Source: Eledone cirrhosa (lineage: Eukaryota). Taken from it: 64,000 nt of DNA. The stretch spans positions 4,898,001-4,962,000 of the forward strand of contig OZ024755.1 in assembly GCA_964016885.1 (NCBI GenBank), given 5' to 3'. Below, in pieces: positions 11,491-25,388 of this stretch (its first letter is position 1; each line of letters starts with the position of its first letter). A model generated the notes under the pieces. That model ran no database searches. It was not told the origin of the DNA and was given only the letters and a program-made list of their open reading frames with translations. The translations under genes and the position numbers were made by a program.

Positions 11491-13147
11491 TTGTCTTCCT
11501 TTCCTCTGTGCATTGTGGGCCACAGTACCGGGGTTTGTGGCTGAAGTGACTAAGTTGGAGGTGGACAACATGTCCTAACATTTCATATTTATTGAACAAT
11601 ATCAATACATCAGATATCAACTATTGCAGTTGTTTATTACTTTACTCGAATATGTCATCCATTTTTAACACTAACTTCTTTTTTTCATTTCCTTTCTTTA
11701 TTTTTGTTTCTCATATTTTCTAAAAAGAAAAAAAGAAAAACAAAAAAAAATTGTTTTGGGCTGAGTTTAAGGGTTGTGGAATAATAGAAATGGTAGTTCC
11801 AACCCTCTACATCCTCTGACATTGATTCAACTCTTGCTAATGCCAACTTTGGCTTTCATCTCTCCATTGACAATAAAGAAAAGTATCAGTTGCTAATTCA
11901 GTTGACTATATCCCCCACCTACCTCTGCACCACCCGGCCCGCATCTCCTTTACAAATCTCTGACCTTGGGACTTTCTAAGTAATTCCTCTTTTAATGTAT
12001 CACTGAATACAGTAAATAAAAACTAGTGCCCCCACCCGCACAAAACAAACATGAGAAAACAAAAACAAATAAACCCAGAGATAATCAGGGATGATCTGAA
12101 AGCCTGGACCAAAACCTTCCCTGGAACAAACACTCTGGAAAGATGCTATCGCCTAAAAATACTTAATGACCCTCTCATAACTTGTAAGATATATTTATAT
12201 AATGTGTGAAAGTGTTGTGCTGTCCCTTAAAAATAATTAACAACTCCCTCATAACTTGTGAAAGATATTTATATAATGTATGAAAGTTCCAGCCGTATCT
12301 GACCAGAATTCTCTCACTTCTTTCTGTTCAAACCAGCCATAATCAGCCACTCATGCCAATGTTAAGGTATTGTTCTCAAAATAAATAACATAAACATCTT
12401 ATAGCTTCGATATTATGTGTGATAAACCCTTTACCGTGAAAATACTAAATATAGAGTAATGTAAATAGTAAAGGGTCAAGCTACCAATATTCAATACCAA
12501 AATTCTTGCCAAATAACTTCTGAAAGCCATATTATTTTCACATCTGCACCAAATGGTTTTTGATTTTTTTGACGTATGGAGTGATTAAATACATTATTAT
12601 CATTTTTTATAACATGCCACATTCCTGCTAATTAGTCTTACTGTGATATACTGAGCTGTAGTTTGTTGATTATGTAATTAAGACTGGCCTATCTTTTATT
12701 TGTAATAGTGTCAAATTTGATGAGGCAAATTTATGTAACCTTCATGTGAAAAAAAGTCATTAAAATAGTTGAGTTGTTGACATTACTGGCAATAATGACA
12801 ATTATAGAATTAAGATTCCAACATTATGGTGATAATTCCATTATTTAATAAATTCCAATCCTGTTATTAAATCTTTCTCTTCCCAGCACCCTCTCTCTCT
12901 CTCCCTCAATACTTTATCTTAGGCTTTTAATGGAGAGCTGTCAAGTATGGATTCTCTGGAACGACAAAAGTTAACTGCAATAGAAATAAGAATCTATTTA
13001 ATAAACATGAATGATTTAAATTTCCTGTTCCAAGAAATAAAATTATTTCAAGATATTTTTTTCTTATTTACCATTTATGTATTTATTTGGGAGATTATTG
13101 AATTCATTTTCTTCATATTTTGATATGTAATAGTTTGATATCTTATT

Positions 13148-13527
13148 TGGCTACCTTCTCTGTTGGTACCTTACACTGGGCTACCTTCTCTGTTGGTACC
13201 TTACACTGGGCTACCTTCTCTGTTGGTACCTTACACTGGGCTACCCTCTCTGTTGGTACCTTACACTGGGCTACCTTCTCTGTTGGTACCTTACACTGGG
13301 CTACCTTCTCTGTTGGTACCTTACACTGGGCTACCTTCTCTGTTGGTACCTTACACAGGGCTACCTTCTCTGTTGGTACCTTACTCTGTTGGTACCTTAC
13401 ACTGGGCTACCTTCTTTGTTGGTACCTTACACTGGGCTATCCTCTCTGTTGGTACCTTACACAGGGCTACCCTCTCTGTTGGTACCTTACACTGGACTCC
13501 CTTCTCTGTTGGTACCTTACACTGGGC
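13148..13527. repeat. 30-bp minisatellite (~12 copies)
   Basis: Unit GGGCTACCTTCTCTGTTGGTACCTTACACT. Confidence 0.97.
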
Positions 13528-14154
13528 CGATATACTTTGATATCTTAGTTTGCTACCTTCTCTTACCTTCCAACAATTATATCATTAAACAGTTTAATTG
13601 ATTGCCCTATTAACACACTGTTTTGAAGAAAATGGTAATTGCCAAACGATCCATTACTGTTAATTTGTTAACAGGTGTCATCATCTAGCCAAAGTAAACA
13701 TGTACTTTTTTAAAATTGCTTTTGTATTTATATAAGTATTGAAAGTATCATCATCATCATCTTCGTTTAACGTCCATTTTCCACGCTAGCATGAGTTAGA
13801 CGGGAGTTGTCCCACTTGAGGCAAGGTTGGTCGGGTGACCATGTCTCGCTCATATAGGACTATCTGGCAGGTTTTCTACGGCTGGATGCCCTTCCTAACA
13901 CCAACCACATTTACAGTGTGGAACTGGGAACTTTTTACCGTGTTACCTACACGGCCACATTAGAGCGTGGACTGTGTTTTTTTTCTTGTGACACCTACAC
14001 GATCTTGATCTCATTTATCTCATTTATTTGGACTGGATGTTGTGGTACCAACTTTATAGAGAGAGGGTGGTGTTGGTGGGAGGATGGGGTAGTGGATTGG
14101 GGTGTATATTTGTTTAAGAGGTGCCTACTGACTAGGTTTCGCTTTGTACATAGG

Positions 14155-14316
14155 CAAGGCGGGTCTTCTGTATTACTGCGTAGCGCCAAAGATCTCGGTA
14201 CAGTGACATTGTCTTAGAGAGGTGCAAATGTGTAAGGTTGGAATTTATCAGATCGTCCCAGGTTTTTCTGGGTCTACCTACTCCGTAACTACCATCAATT
14301 TTGATTGCCCTGCACA
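14155..14316 (-). mobile_element. RTE LINE 3' coding relic
   Basis: CRAIKIDGSYGVGRPRKTWDDLINSNL...RDLWRYAVIQKTR matches the RTE GRPRKTW...DRxxWR C-terminus. Confidence 0.85.
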
Positions 14317-14599
14317 AAGTATGTATTTATATAAGTATTGAAAGTATGTAGGTCAGTAGATATGTTGTATATATGTGTGTATTGAAAGTATCTTGGGCCT
14401 ATTGTATGTATGTATATCTGTAGGTATGTGTATGTATTCATGTAAGTATTGAAAGTATCAATTTTTTTTTGTATGTTATATTTACCTGTATGTTTGTGTA
14501 CATCATCCAGGTAACTTTTCTATTATTTGGTTTGATGCTCCAATTACCTAACTGGAAGATTTGTAAAAGAAAAGATTGTGTTGTGTTTCAAGAAGGTTC

Positions 14600-15075
14600 A
14601 CTTCTGTAACTCCTTTGGTACCAAACTACCGGAAACTTACTTCTGTAACTCCTTTGGTACCAAACTACCTGAAACTTACTTCTGTAACCCCTTTGGTACC
14701 AAACTACCGGAAACTTACTTCTGTAACTCCTTTGGTACCAAACTACCTGAAACTGACTTCTGTAACCCCTTTGGTACCAAACTACCGGAAACTTACTTCT
14801 GTAACTCCTTTGGTAGCAAACTACCTGAAACTTACTTCTGTAACCCCTTTGGTACCAAACTACCTGAAACTTACTTCTGTAACCCCTTTGGTACCAAACT
14901 ACCTGAAACTTACTTCTGTAACCCCTTTGGTACCAAACTACCTGAAACTTACTTCTGTAACCCCTTTGGTACCAAACTACCTGAAACTTACTTCTGTAAC
15001 CCCTTTGGTACCAAACTACCAGAAACTTACTTCTGTAACCCCTTTGGTACCAAACTACCTGAAACTTACTCCTTT
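14600..15075. repeat. 39-bp minisatellite (~12 copies)
   Basis: Unit ACTTCTGTAACCCCTTTGGTACCAAACTACCTGAAACTT with internal palindrome TTTGGTACCAAA. Confidence 0.97.
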
Positions 15076-15329
15076 AACTCTTTAGTTGGCATTAAAATGA
15101 AGTTGTTGTGATGGTGATGGTGATGATTGTAATGGTGGTGGTTGTGATAGTGGTGATAGTGATTATATTACGTAAATATAGTTGATATTTTTAATGAAGT
15201 TGGTTTATATCTGTGAAAAAGTCTTTTTATTCTAGTTACAACAGACTAAAGCAGTTAAATTAGTTAGGTTGGGTTGTTTGACAAGATTGTGTCGGCTCAC
15301 AAACTGCTTGATCTGATCTGATCTGGCTG

Positions 15330-15790
15330 GATGTTTGGTTGGTTGGCTGGTTGGTTGGTTGGTTGGTTGGTTGGCTGGGTGGGTGGTTGGTGGTTGGTTG
15401 GTTGGTTGGGTGGTTGGTTGGCTGGGTGGTTGTTTGGTTGGCTGGCTGGTTGGTTGGCTGGCTGGTTGGTTGGTTGGCTGGCTGGTTGGTTGGCTGGGTG
15501 GTTGGTTGGTTGGTTGGTTGGTTGGCTGGGTGGTTGTTTGGTTGGTTGGCTGGCTGGTTGGTTGGTTGGTTGGTTGGCTGGTTGGTTGGCTGGCTGGTTG
15601 GTTGGTTGGTTGGTTGGTTGGTTGGTTGGTTGGTCAGTTGGATGACAAGCTGGTTGGCTGGTTGGTTAAATGGATGGCTTGTTGGGTGACTGACCAGTTG
15701 ACTGGCTGGCTGGATGACAAGCTGGTTGGCTGGTTCATTGGCTGACAAGCTGGCTGGCTGGCTGGTTGAATGGCTGGCTAGTTGATTGAC
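15330..15790. repeat. (TTGG/CTGG)n microsatellite
   Basis: Directly visible tetranucleotide array, degenerating to the right. Confidence 0.97.
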
Positions 15791-17204
15791 TGACCAGCTT
15801 ATTAACTCTCTGTTAGATGTCAGAGTATTAATTGTAGAATTGTAGGTTGTTTTAGTAGGAAACATTTAATGCCCACTCCTTCCTACCACCACAAATGACC
15901 ACATTTCAATGAAATGTTCACTTTAATTCTTATTGCATAATAAAAGATTGGAAGATGAAAGGCTACTCTGATGTTTCTCATTTCTACCATAGAATGTTTC
16001 CATTAGTTACTGATAGTCTATTATAGCTGATACTATTTTTGTAGCGGGTATCACTGGTCTTTGCAGTTTTGTCTGTGGGGCACAGCCGAAACACTGCTCT
16101 GACCTAGGCAGAGAACCTGTCACCCGCTCCCCTTTCTTTCTTCCGTGGTCTAATAGTCCTTGTTCCTTCCCTCCTTTTCTTCTCATGGCATTTATAGTCC
16201 TTTCCTTTATTATCCTTTACAGCCAAATCTGCCCTTTTTACCCCTTCCCTCTTGTTTTCATAATTAATTATATAAATAATGAAAAATTATTTATATAATT
16301 AATTATGAAAACTATTTAACCCATAACTGGGGTGAATGGTCATTGACTGTGAGGAATTCATCTGCCATTTTAACAGCTCTTGGTTTTGTGCTGCTGTGGT
16401 TCCACTTACCCTCCTCATCAGACCAGGATTAACATCAATAATTAAGGTCTTAAACCCTGTTTTTTTATTATATTCCTCTTCTGGTTCTGCTTCATCAAAG
16501 TTAAAGAGTTGTGAAACAAAAAAAGGTAACCAAATCTTTACTAGTCTGTGTTACTGAGAATAACTGCCAGCACTTCTGGGAAATACATTGTTCGGTACAT
16601 CTATATGGTATTATCTAACTTGTGGCATTTATTCAACAAGTTCTTATGTCAATGTTACATCTATAAAACATAAAGGCTCTCATGACAACAAAAGAGAAAA
16701 CTTATGTAGTCACAGAGTAAATGATAAGGCGGTGAATTGGCAAAATTGTCAGCTTGTCAGATTGAAAATGTCTTTATTAACAAAGGTGTTAGAGGTAGTA
16801 GGGCGAGGTCTGTTCTAATAGTTATATTAGTACCTGTAATAGGAAGGATTGTAATAGTAATTGTGGGAGTAGTGGAGAGGGTCTTGTCTACTTTGGTAGT
16901 AGTGTAGGGAATCTGGTCTACTTTGGTAGTAGTGGAGAGGACCTCGTCTATTTTCAATCAGCTATTAACAAAAAAAAAAGGAATTTATGAAAGGATTAGA
17001 TTACTTCTTCAAATTTGATTCATTAAAAATATTTTATAAACATTTGCTACTTTATTTAAAAGTAAATCCAGTAACAAAAATAAAATCAGGAATTTCTATC
17101 CAGGTTGATATCTGAAAGTTTCACTTAAGTATAAATTATAAAGTATAAATATGTTGCTGCTTATGTTTTTCCTCTAAACATATGACATAAAAAGCTGCCA
17201 AGAA

Positions 17205-17978
17205 CTTATCTAGTCGACCTAGTTAACCACAACCCACATCCAGTATTATTAAACTACAACTTAACTAGTTGATCTAGTTAACCACAACCCACATCCAGTA
17301 TTATTAAACTACAACTTAACTAGTTGATCTAGTTAACCACAACCCACATACAGTATTATTAAACTACAACTTATCTAGTTGACCTAGTTAACCACAACCC
17401 ACATCCAGTATTATTAAACTACAACTTATCTAGTCGACCTAGTTAACCACAACCCACATCCAGTATTATTAAACTACAACTTAACTAGTTGATCTAGTTA
17501 ACCACAACCCACATCCAGTATTATTAAACTACAACTTATCTAGTCGACCTAGTTAACCACAACCCACATCCAGTATTATTAAACTACAACTTATCTAGTC
17601 GACCTAGTTAACCACAACCCACACGGTGGATTGGCAGTATCGGTAAAGGGTCAGACACCATGCTTTCCAGCATAGTTACGACCCTTTATGATCTGAGTTC
17701 AAATCCCGCCGAGGTTGACTTTGCCTTTCATCCTTACGGGGTCGATAAAATAAAGCACCAGTAATGCACTGGGTAATTGCTGGCCCTGTGCCTAAAGTAG
17801 AAACAATTATTAAACTACAACTTATCTAGTTGATCTAGTTAACCACAACCCACATCCAGTATTATTAAACTACAACTTAACTAGTTGAGCTAATTAACCA
17901 CAACCCACATCCAGTATTATTAAACTACAACTTAACTAGTTGATCTAATTAACCACAACCCACATCCAGTATTATTAA
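17205..17978. repeat. ~55-bp minisatellite interrupted by a SINE
   Basis: Unit ACTTATCTAGTCGACCTAGTTAACCACAACCCACATCCAGTATTATTAAACTACA. Confidence 0.95.
17624..17811 (+). mobile_element. tRNA-derived SINE (Meta-domain-like core, (ATT)n tail), near full length
   Basis: A-box-like TGGCAGTATCGG, B-box GAGTTCAAATCC, core GCCTTTCATCCTTACGGGGTCGATAAAATAAAG. Confidence 0.9.
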
Positions 17979-19582
17979 GCCAAGAATGGTGTACAACAAA
18001 AATGTGACTTACTGGTATAATATAAAGATCTGTATGTAATGTATTTATGTATTATATTGTATAAAACTTCAATATTAAAGAATGGGGAATATATAAAACA
18101 ATACTGGAAAGGATCAAGATATCATCGTCACCACCAGCATCATCATCGTCATCACCACCACCATCATCATCGTTGATATCATCGCCATCACCACTGCCAC
18201 CATCATCATGATGATGATGATCATCATCATCACCATTAACAATGTTTAACATCTGTTTTTCCTGCCAGCTATATTTGGACATGTCCTCACAGACCAGTCA
18301 AGTACTCAAGTGGAACCCCTGACCTTTAGGTGGGATAGGGGCCCAATAAATGATCCCACACTTTACCAAGTACATTTTATCATAGCACCAACCTTAGAGA
18401 AATTATTATGTCAATGGTACAGCTGGAAGGATCTACATCACCCTTTGGCACAGATTTTCTATGTAATGGAAGCCCTTCCTATCACCAACCACAGCCACTT
18501 TACAGAGTGTACTGAGTGACTGTTGTATTAAAATATATCAAGATGATAACTAAGTTAAGCCGTTATAAAGGCTTGGATCATTTGAATGTGCAAATAAACC
18601 TGCGTCACTTTAACACATTAAACACATTAAATCCTGCTGATAAGTAATAATTATTTATAGACTTATATAAGCTAGGTCAGGAAAACATAGGCTGGAATTA
18701 TTGGAACTAGAGGTGAGGTCATCCATTGTTGAGGAAAGGACTAAAAACAGCACACCCAACAGGATGATTAATCAGACTGATACTAGTTAAACAAATGTAT
18801 GACTAGTTAAGGTGATAGGGTTAAGGGTTAGGGCATGGTTAAAGTGGTAGTGAATCTATTAAATATTTTCCATAAAGTTATGAGTAAAATCATCAACATC
18901 GTTTAACATCAATCTTCCACACTAGAATGGATTTGACAAGTTGTGCTGACATTGAGAGACAAGTCAGGATGGGTGACTATGTCTTACTCATATATTATCA
19001 TCATCATAATCACCATTTAACATCTATTTTTCCATGCTTATCATATGAAGTGCTTGTTATCTCACCTAAGGGTGATAGATTAGAAGAGAGAAAGCTCAGA
19101 TACCTGGATACCTTAACAAAAGACACTGGAATTGACAAGGATAACCTACAAACCTTGCTGGGAAACAGCGACTATTGGTGTGAAGTTGTGCTAAGGGTGG
19201 GTTAGAGATAGATAAGGAGAGTGGTCTATAAATCTGCTCTTTGTGTCCAAATTAAATCCATTTTCTTTGTGTCCAAATTAAATCCATTTTCTCAATGAGC
19301 GATAGGGAGATGTGATAGTTGATGAAATCTCACAACACTCTATCAAGTCACAATATAGAATTCTAAATAGCTAGATTTACAAGCAGCTATTTTATTTATT
19401 ATGTTTGATATGAAAATAAAATTTAACCTATGTCCATATGAGGTTCAATTGTAATCGTTTTTGCAGTTGTTATTTTTTTTATTTCACAATGTTATTTATT
19501 TTTATAGAAAAACAAAACTTACCATGGAGAGTGGTTAGATAAACCTACTGCAATAGCCACCACACTTCATGGGGCTCCCCCC

Positions 19583-19783
19583 TTAACCCTTTACTCTATA
19601 TATACTATTGTATTTTTATGGTAAAGGCTTTACCTTACATAATATTGAATCTATGAGGTTTTGATATTTATTTTGAGAACAATACCTTAACATAAGTATA
19701 AGTGGCCAGTTACAGCCGGTTTGAACAGAAAGAGGTGAGAGAATTCTGGCCGGATACAGTCGGTTTAAATGCTAAAGGGTTAA
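19583..19783. mobile_element. piggyBac-type MITE, family B
   Basis: TTAACCCTTTA...TAAAGGGTTAA. Reverse homologue of 57806-58142; partial copy near 12288-12478. Confidence 0.85.
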
Positions 19784-20376
19784 ACAGGCCACTGTCTTTT
19801 GGAAGCAATGTATCACATATTATCAACATTGTTATATATTCAGTATTTTACAAGACAAAAAATAAACAATGTTATATGTCATAATACAAAACCATAGTTT
19901 AACCAACATATACAAGATCCATGCGTGGTTCACAAACTACAATTTACTTACAACTGGTTTATAATCTGTTGTAAACATTTGAATTTTTTTTTTTTTTTTT
20001 AAATCTGAATAAAATATAAATTATGAATGTAATATATATTGAGAAGATTTACAAAAGAACAAACTTCCATTCTGAGATGCAAGCTGTCAAGCATAAAATA
20101 ACTACAACTATTCATAACTCCATTTTAGTAGCACATTTTTTTTTTATTGTATTTACAAAATAAATATTTTCATATGGTTATGAAAATAGATAAATGTTTT
20201 TATCACTTACATTTGAGTAAAAGATTGAAAGAAATGAAGAGAATAAAAATATTATGTCAACATGCTGAGAGTTTGAAACATTTTTGTAAATAAATATGAT
20301 TTGGTATCAAAGCATCTGTCAGTCTCCTGTAGCTTATTGTAACTGTAATAAATTAACTTGGTTCTATATTATTATT

Positions 20377-20490
20377 GCACGTGGCCTAATGGTAAGGGTG
20401 TTGGACTTATGATCATAATGTTGTAGGTTTGATTCCTAGACTGGGTTGTGTATTGTGTTCTTGAACAAAACACTTCATTTCACTTTGCTA
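20377..20490 (+). mobile_element. tRNA-derived SINE 5' half (second family)
   Basis: GTGGCCTAATGGTAAGG A-box and GGTTTGATTCC B-box-like. Homologous to 22785-23032. Confidence 0.75.
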
Positions 20491-21866
20491 CAGACATATA
20501 TGTTATATAACTGAGTCTACCATTTTAAGATAGATATAACAAACATAGTGATAGGTTACTTATTTAGAAAAGAATAACGACACTTTTTGCAAACGTTATG
20601 TTACCAGGGAGAACTGTCTTCCTTCTGAAAATCTTTCATATGAACTCTATATTGTTTGCTGATTACAATAAAGTCTTAACAGAGAAAATAACCAGTAAGT
20701 GTTTCATCTTTCCTGAAAGTTTGTAGGGATATCTTAGTCTAACAACTTCAAACAACTCTTATTTACTGTCTGCTGTAGATAGAAGCTGATAGCTTAAATG
20801 CTGCAATATTTTTCAGTCTGTGGCACTTTATTTCATATTCTATTGATTTTTGTATATCATAGAAATCACTTTTAACGGAATAGCCTGTGTTTCATTTTCA
20901 ATATTTATCTATTCAACAATTTTCTATTTTTCTATTTTAGTTAATACATTAAAATCAATTATTTTCTTTCATATTATTTCAAATTGTAAGTTTTAAAGAA
21001 AAAAAGTTACCAATTCCAATAAAATCAATGAACGTACTGCGTAGTGAGGACTTTCATTTTTAGAAACCTTATCTCAGCACAGTGAATTTACCACGACCCC
21101 ATCTGTCACCATAGTGTATCTTTAATCTTGGTTGAATGTGGCAGGGAAGCAAATGAGATTTGGTTTAGAAGCAACCCTTTAGTTACCAGCCCAGCCAAAA
21201 CCGGTTGTGGTTTTATGAGATAATACCACACCCATTGTAAAAGTTTCCAATTAAAATACAAACCTTCCAACATAATTTTATATAAGAACCTTACATTAAG
21301 TTTACTATCTTACTAATGAAATGATTAATAATTTTAGTAAATCCCTCAAAATTCTTTGTTAATTAATTAAAATGGAGTCGTGGAAAGGTTAAAACAATGA
21401 ATATATCAGTCCATTCTAACAGTTGCACCTCAAAGCTACTTTAACACAAAGCTTTTCAAGTTAACCTATAGTATAATATTTCTACTGCATTTTTCCTGTC
21501 TGTCACACAAGATCATGAAAATTTAACAAAACTGTTCTAAGATTTTTTTTATTTAGAATTTATGAAATAATCAAAAGTCTGAGAAAAAATTGTTGGCAAA
21601 CAAATTTTCTAAAATGGTTTCATTCATGTCAGTGGTATTCTTTGATAAACATAGCCATTATAGTTTGTAAAGTGGTTGGTGATAGGAACAAGATACAGCT
21701 ATAGAATACTTGATGATCAAAGAGTTGGGAGGATACTTCAGCTGTGTTAAAGACGTAAGAGTGATGTAGAGTCCCCCCAACATGGCAGAGGGATCAAGCT
21801 TCACTTGACTTAGGCTGTGATGACCCACCCAACACTTGATAGCAGAGGAAATAGACATTAAATAAT

Positions 21867-22050
21867 TGTTTCTACTTTTGGCACAAGGCCAGCAATTACC
21901 TCAATGCATTACTGGTACTTTATTTTATCGACCCTGTAAGGATAAAAGGCAAAGTTAACCTCAGCAGGATTTGAACTCAGACTGTAAAGGGCCGTAACTC
22001 TATGTTGCAAAGCATGGCGTCTGATCCTCAACTGATACTGCCAATCCATC
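21867..22050 (-). mobile_element. tRNA-derived SINE (same family as 17624) with 12-bp TSD
   Basis: Flanked by ACATTAAATAAT and ACATTATATAAT. Confidence 0.9.
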
Positions 22051-22108
22051 ACATTATATAATGATGGTTATATATGCATGTATATGTATATATATATATA
22101 TGTATATG

Positions 22109-22142
<34 letters not shown>

Positions 22143-22784
22143 TTTGGCACAGCAATCTTTATAAATATATTATGTGTGTGAAGAAAGGGTCCCGTGATGT
22201 GGAAATGGCTGGTGCAGCGAGTATCACTGGCTGTTCTCTATGTGGTGCAGCTGTCTTACACCGTCGTTCAGCCAAGGGTCTACAGTTTGACCGCTCCCTT
22301 ATATATTTTTCTTCTTTTTTGTTCTTCCTTTCTGTCATTTTTCTAAATTACATCTATTGACAGTTGCTCTGTAATAACTGTTTATACTCTAAGGGAGATT
22401 ACTCTGTTATTTGTGGCAGTTTTTAATTGTCAGATGACGTGTTTCTTAAGTCGTTGAAGTGAAACAAGTTGGCCCCTTTTATTTTTCCGTTTTACATCCA
22501 GAGACCCCCTTATTTAAGTGTGTGACTTACTTAACAGTGCTACATTGCAGTAAATTATCAGAGGTTCTATCATAGAAATAAATTACGATGGTAATACAAC
22601 ACTAAGGACATTAACTTTTTTCAATGTTCCATACTGTTGGTTTTTACTTCATTTATTCAAATAGAGCCAAGAAGCTTAACATTTATTTTATCATAAATAT
22701 TTTTAGCATGTACGAATACAAAACCCTTCAAATATTAAACACTTAACATCTAAAAGTCTGTCTCGACCTCTGAGTTTCATCAGA

Positions 22785-23032
22785 CCAGTGCTAATTCTGG
22801 TCCCTGTGCTGTGAAGCAACAAAGAATACAAGAGTACCCCTGGACAGGATGCCAGTCCATCACAAGGTTAAACTCCCAACTATTGCTGGTACTCATTTTC
22901 AGCTGAGTATACTGGAGCAACGTGAAATGAAGTGTCTTGTTCAAGAACACAACACACAACCCAGTCCAGGAATCAAACCCACGACATTATGATTTAAAGT
23001 TCAACACCCTTACCACTAGGCTACGCGCCTTC
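22785..23032 (-). mobile_element. tRNA-derived SINE with V-domain-like segment
   Basis: Minus strand head GAAGGCGCGTAGCCTAGTGGTAAGG and GTGATGGACTGGCATCCTGTCCAGGGGT. Confidence 0.75.
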
Positions 23033-23399
23033 ATTTACATCCTGTAATAATTTATTAAAAAATATCTAAAAACAGGTTTGTTAATTTAAATGTTTATAGT
23101 ATCTTTACTAGTGGATAGATTGTTGAGAAATTTGCAGTAAAGACTAATTTTAAATGTGATGCAGTCATCATAGCACTGTTTTGTACATTTTAAGAATGTC
23201 TTACTAATGTGATTTAGGACTTTAAGGGTTAAATGGGTGTTATTTGCTTCTTCTGAATTAAAGGGAAAGAAAAGAGATTTATATTCTTCTGTCTTGGGAT
23301 GTGAAATCCCTCATAGTCTTTTTAGATGCTGCTACAATGTAGGGATTAGGCAGAGTCAGAACGCCAGAATGTTTTATAGGGACAGATTTATGCTAGATA

Positions 23400-23530
23400 A
23401 ATACAGTTTAGCTTTATGCCAGGTAAGAGTTACTACCAATACCCACTTCCTCGTGGGACAACTGCAAGGGAAGTACTTGGATAAGAGTAAGACTTTAAAT
23501 CCTGTAGATTTAGAAGCCTTTGACACTAGA
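23400..23530 (+). mobile_element. RTE reverse-transcriptase coding relic
   Basis: Frameshifted FSFMPGKS..TTNTHFLVGQLQGKYLDKSKTLNPVDLEAFD, resembling FGFMPGRSTTDAIFxxRQLQEKY...VDLEKAFD. Confidence 0.8.
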
Positions 23531-23882
23531 CTGGCTGCACATACCTCACACTAGCATCATGTCAATATGGAAGCAAGTTTCTTCTCATCGTAGTGAAAGT
23601 TTTAAATTAGAAATCTAAGGGAAATAACCCTTTGTGCTGACCAATCTGAAAAATTCAGAATTGTTGACTGGTGACTTTATATGTCTATAATTTCTGTAAA
23701 AATTGTGTTTTAACCAGTTTCGTTCCATATGTATGTGTATGTGTATATATATATATATGAAATCGCCTAGTCTTGCATCACAATCGGATGATAGAGCTGG
23801 GTCATCGAAATATGTAAAGTGTCTTCACAGAATTAAAATTCTAAATTAAATTTTCCAGTCTGGCTTTCTATTGTTGTTTGAA

Positions 23883-23915
<33 letters not shown>

Positions 23916-24245
23916 CCGTGTTTGGTTGACAGCTGAGGGAAAAGAGTACTCAATACCAAAGTATTGATGACTCTGTGATAAACAGGCGAAACTCCAGAGT
24001 AACAAGACTCACTATGTTTAGCCTTAATAAAATGTGTGTGTGTATCATCAATTAATCCCCACTTTCCATGCGCTAGAATAGGTTGCCCTGTTGTGAGACA
24101 AGCCAGGTCCGATGACCATGACTTGCTCATACAGGATTGGTTTGGGCTTGGTTTCTACAGTTGAATGCCTGCTGCACACACAGACTAAACTATGTAGATT
24201 GTACAGTAACAAAGTAAAAGTAAAGTAACAAAGTACAGTAACAAT

Positions 24246-24349
24246 AAAAGATGTAAGATAAATTTTTTTTTTGTTTTTGATTTTTTAAAGTTTAAACAAT
24301 TTTGTGAAATTGTTTAAACTTTAAAAAATAAATTTATATTACATCCTTT
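24246..24349. repeat. AT-rich hairpin / MITE-like inverted repeat
   Basis: Perfect 22-bp arms 24281-24302 and 24307-24328 with TGTG loop, plus imperfect outer arms. Confidence 0.75.
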
Positions 24350-25134
24350 GGGTCTATTATCATTGAACTATCCAAGAAACCTCTAATAGAAGCCAGCTTT
24401 TTTTTTTAGTTTGTTTAAACTTTAAACAATATAAGGACATTTTTAAATATAAGACTGGAGGCCTCTAATTGTTGAAATATTTAATAAACTTCCTGAGATG
24501 AAACCTTAATACAGGCCTACTAGACCTCTGCAGGTGTAAGCTGTAATAACAACCCTACATGTATTTTGTGAAATATGTTTATAGAGATTTGGCGCCTTAC
24601 ATTTCGGTGCAGTAACCATTTTGTAAAGTCATGAAAACATTCTTAAATTTAACAACCTTCCCCCTAGTTAATATTTTGTGTGGAAGGGGAAGAAAAAGAT
24701 TTGAATTTCTTTTTGTTCATGTATGTGTGTATGTGTATGTGGGAGAGAGAGAGAAGTAAACATGTGTTTGGTAAGGGGGATTTTGTCTGTAAAGGATAAT
24801 TTAACAATGGGATACATAAATTGGGTTAGCATATGTGTAAGAAAGATGTTTGTGAAAAAGTGATAAATAACTGATAAGTTTTAGGGAGTTAGGAAGAAGA
24901 AAGATAAGACTAAATATAACACACACACACACACATACATATAGGCACACATGAAAACATACACATTGAGCTCTGTCATAAAAAGGATGCTGTGATATAT
25001 AGAATTATTTCTACTGTTTCCTCCCCCTTTTTTCTTATAATTTGATTTGGAAAGTAAACTAAAAAGAAAAAACACCCATTTGTAGTTTTTTTGTTTTGTT
25101 AAAAATAACTTATTGTGCTATATTTTCTACACTA

Positions 25135-25136
<2 letters not shown>

Positions 25137-25204
<68 letters not shown>

Positions 25205-25340
25205 ATGTATATGTGTGTGTGTGTGTATGTATATGTGTGTGTGTGTGTGTGTGTGTATGTATATGTGTGTGTGTGTGTATGTATATGTGTGTCCTGTGTA
25301 TGTGTGTCCTGTATTTTGAATATATATATATATATTTATA

Positions 25341-25385
<45 letters not shown>
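25137..25385. repeat. Compound (TA)n/(TG)n microsatellite
   Basis: Directly visible. Confidence 0.97.

Positions 25386-25388
<3 letters not shown>

Noticed and set aside
13120-15865. Repetitive ORFs (ATFSVGTLHW, LTSVTPLVPNYLK, WLVG/QPTN)
   Set aside because: Stop-free frames of 30-bp, 39-bp and 4-bp repeats.
17624-17710. tRNA gene suggested by A/B boxes
   Set aside because: No cloverleaf, and the sequence continues into a multi-copy SINE body.
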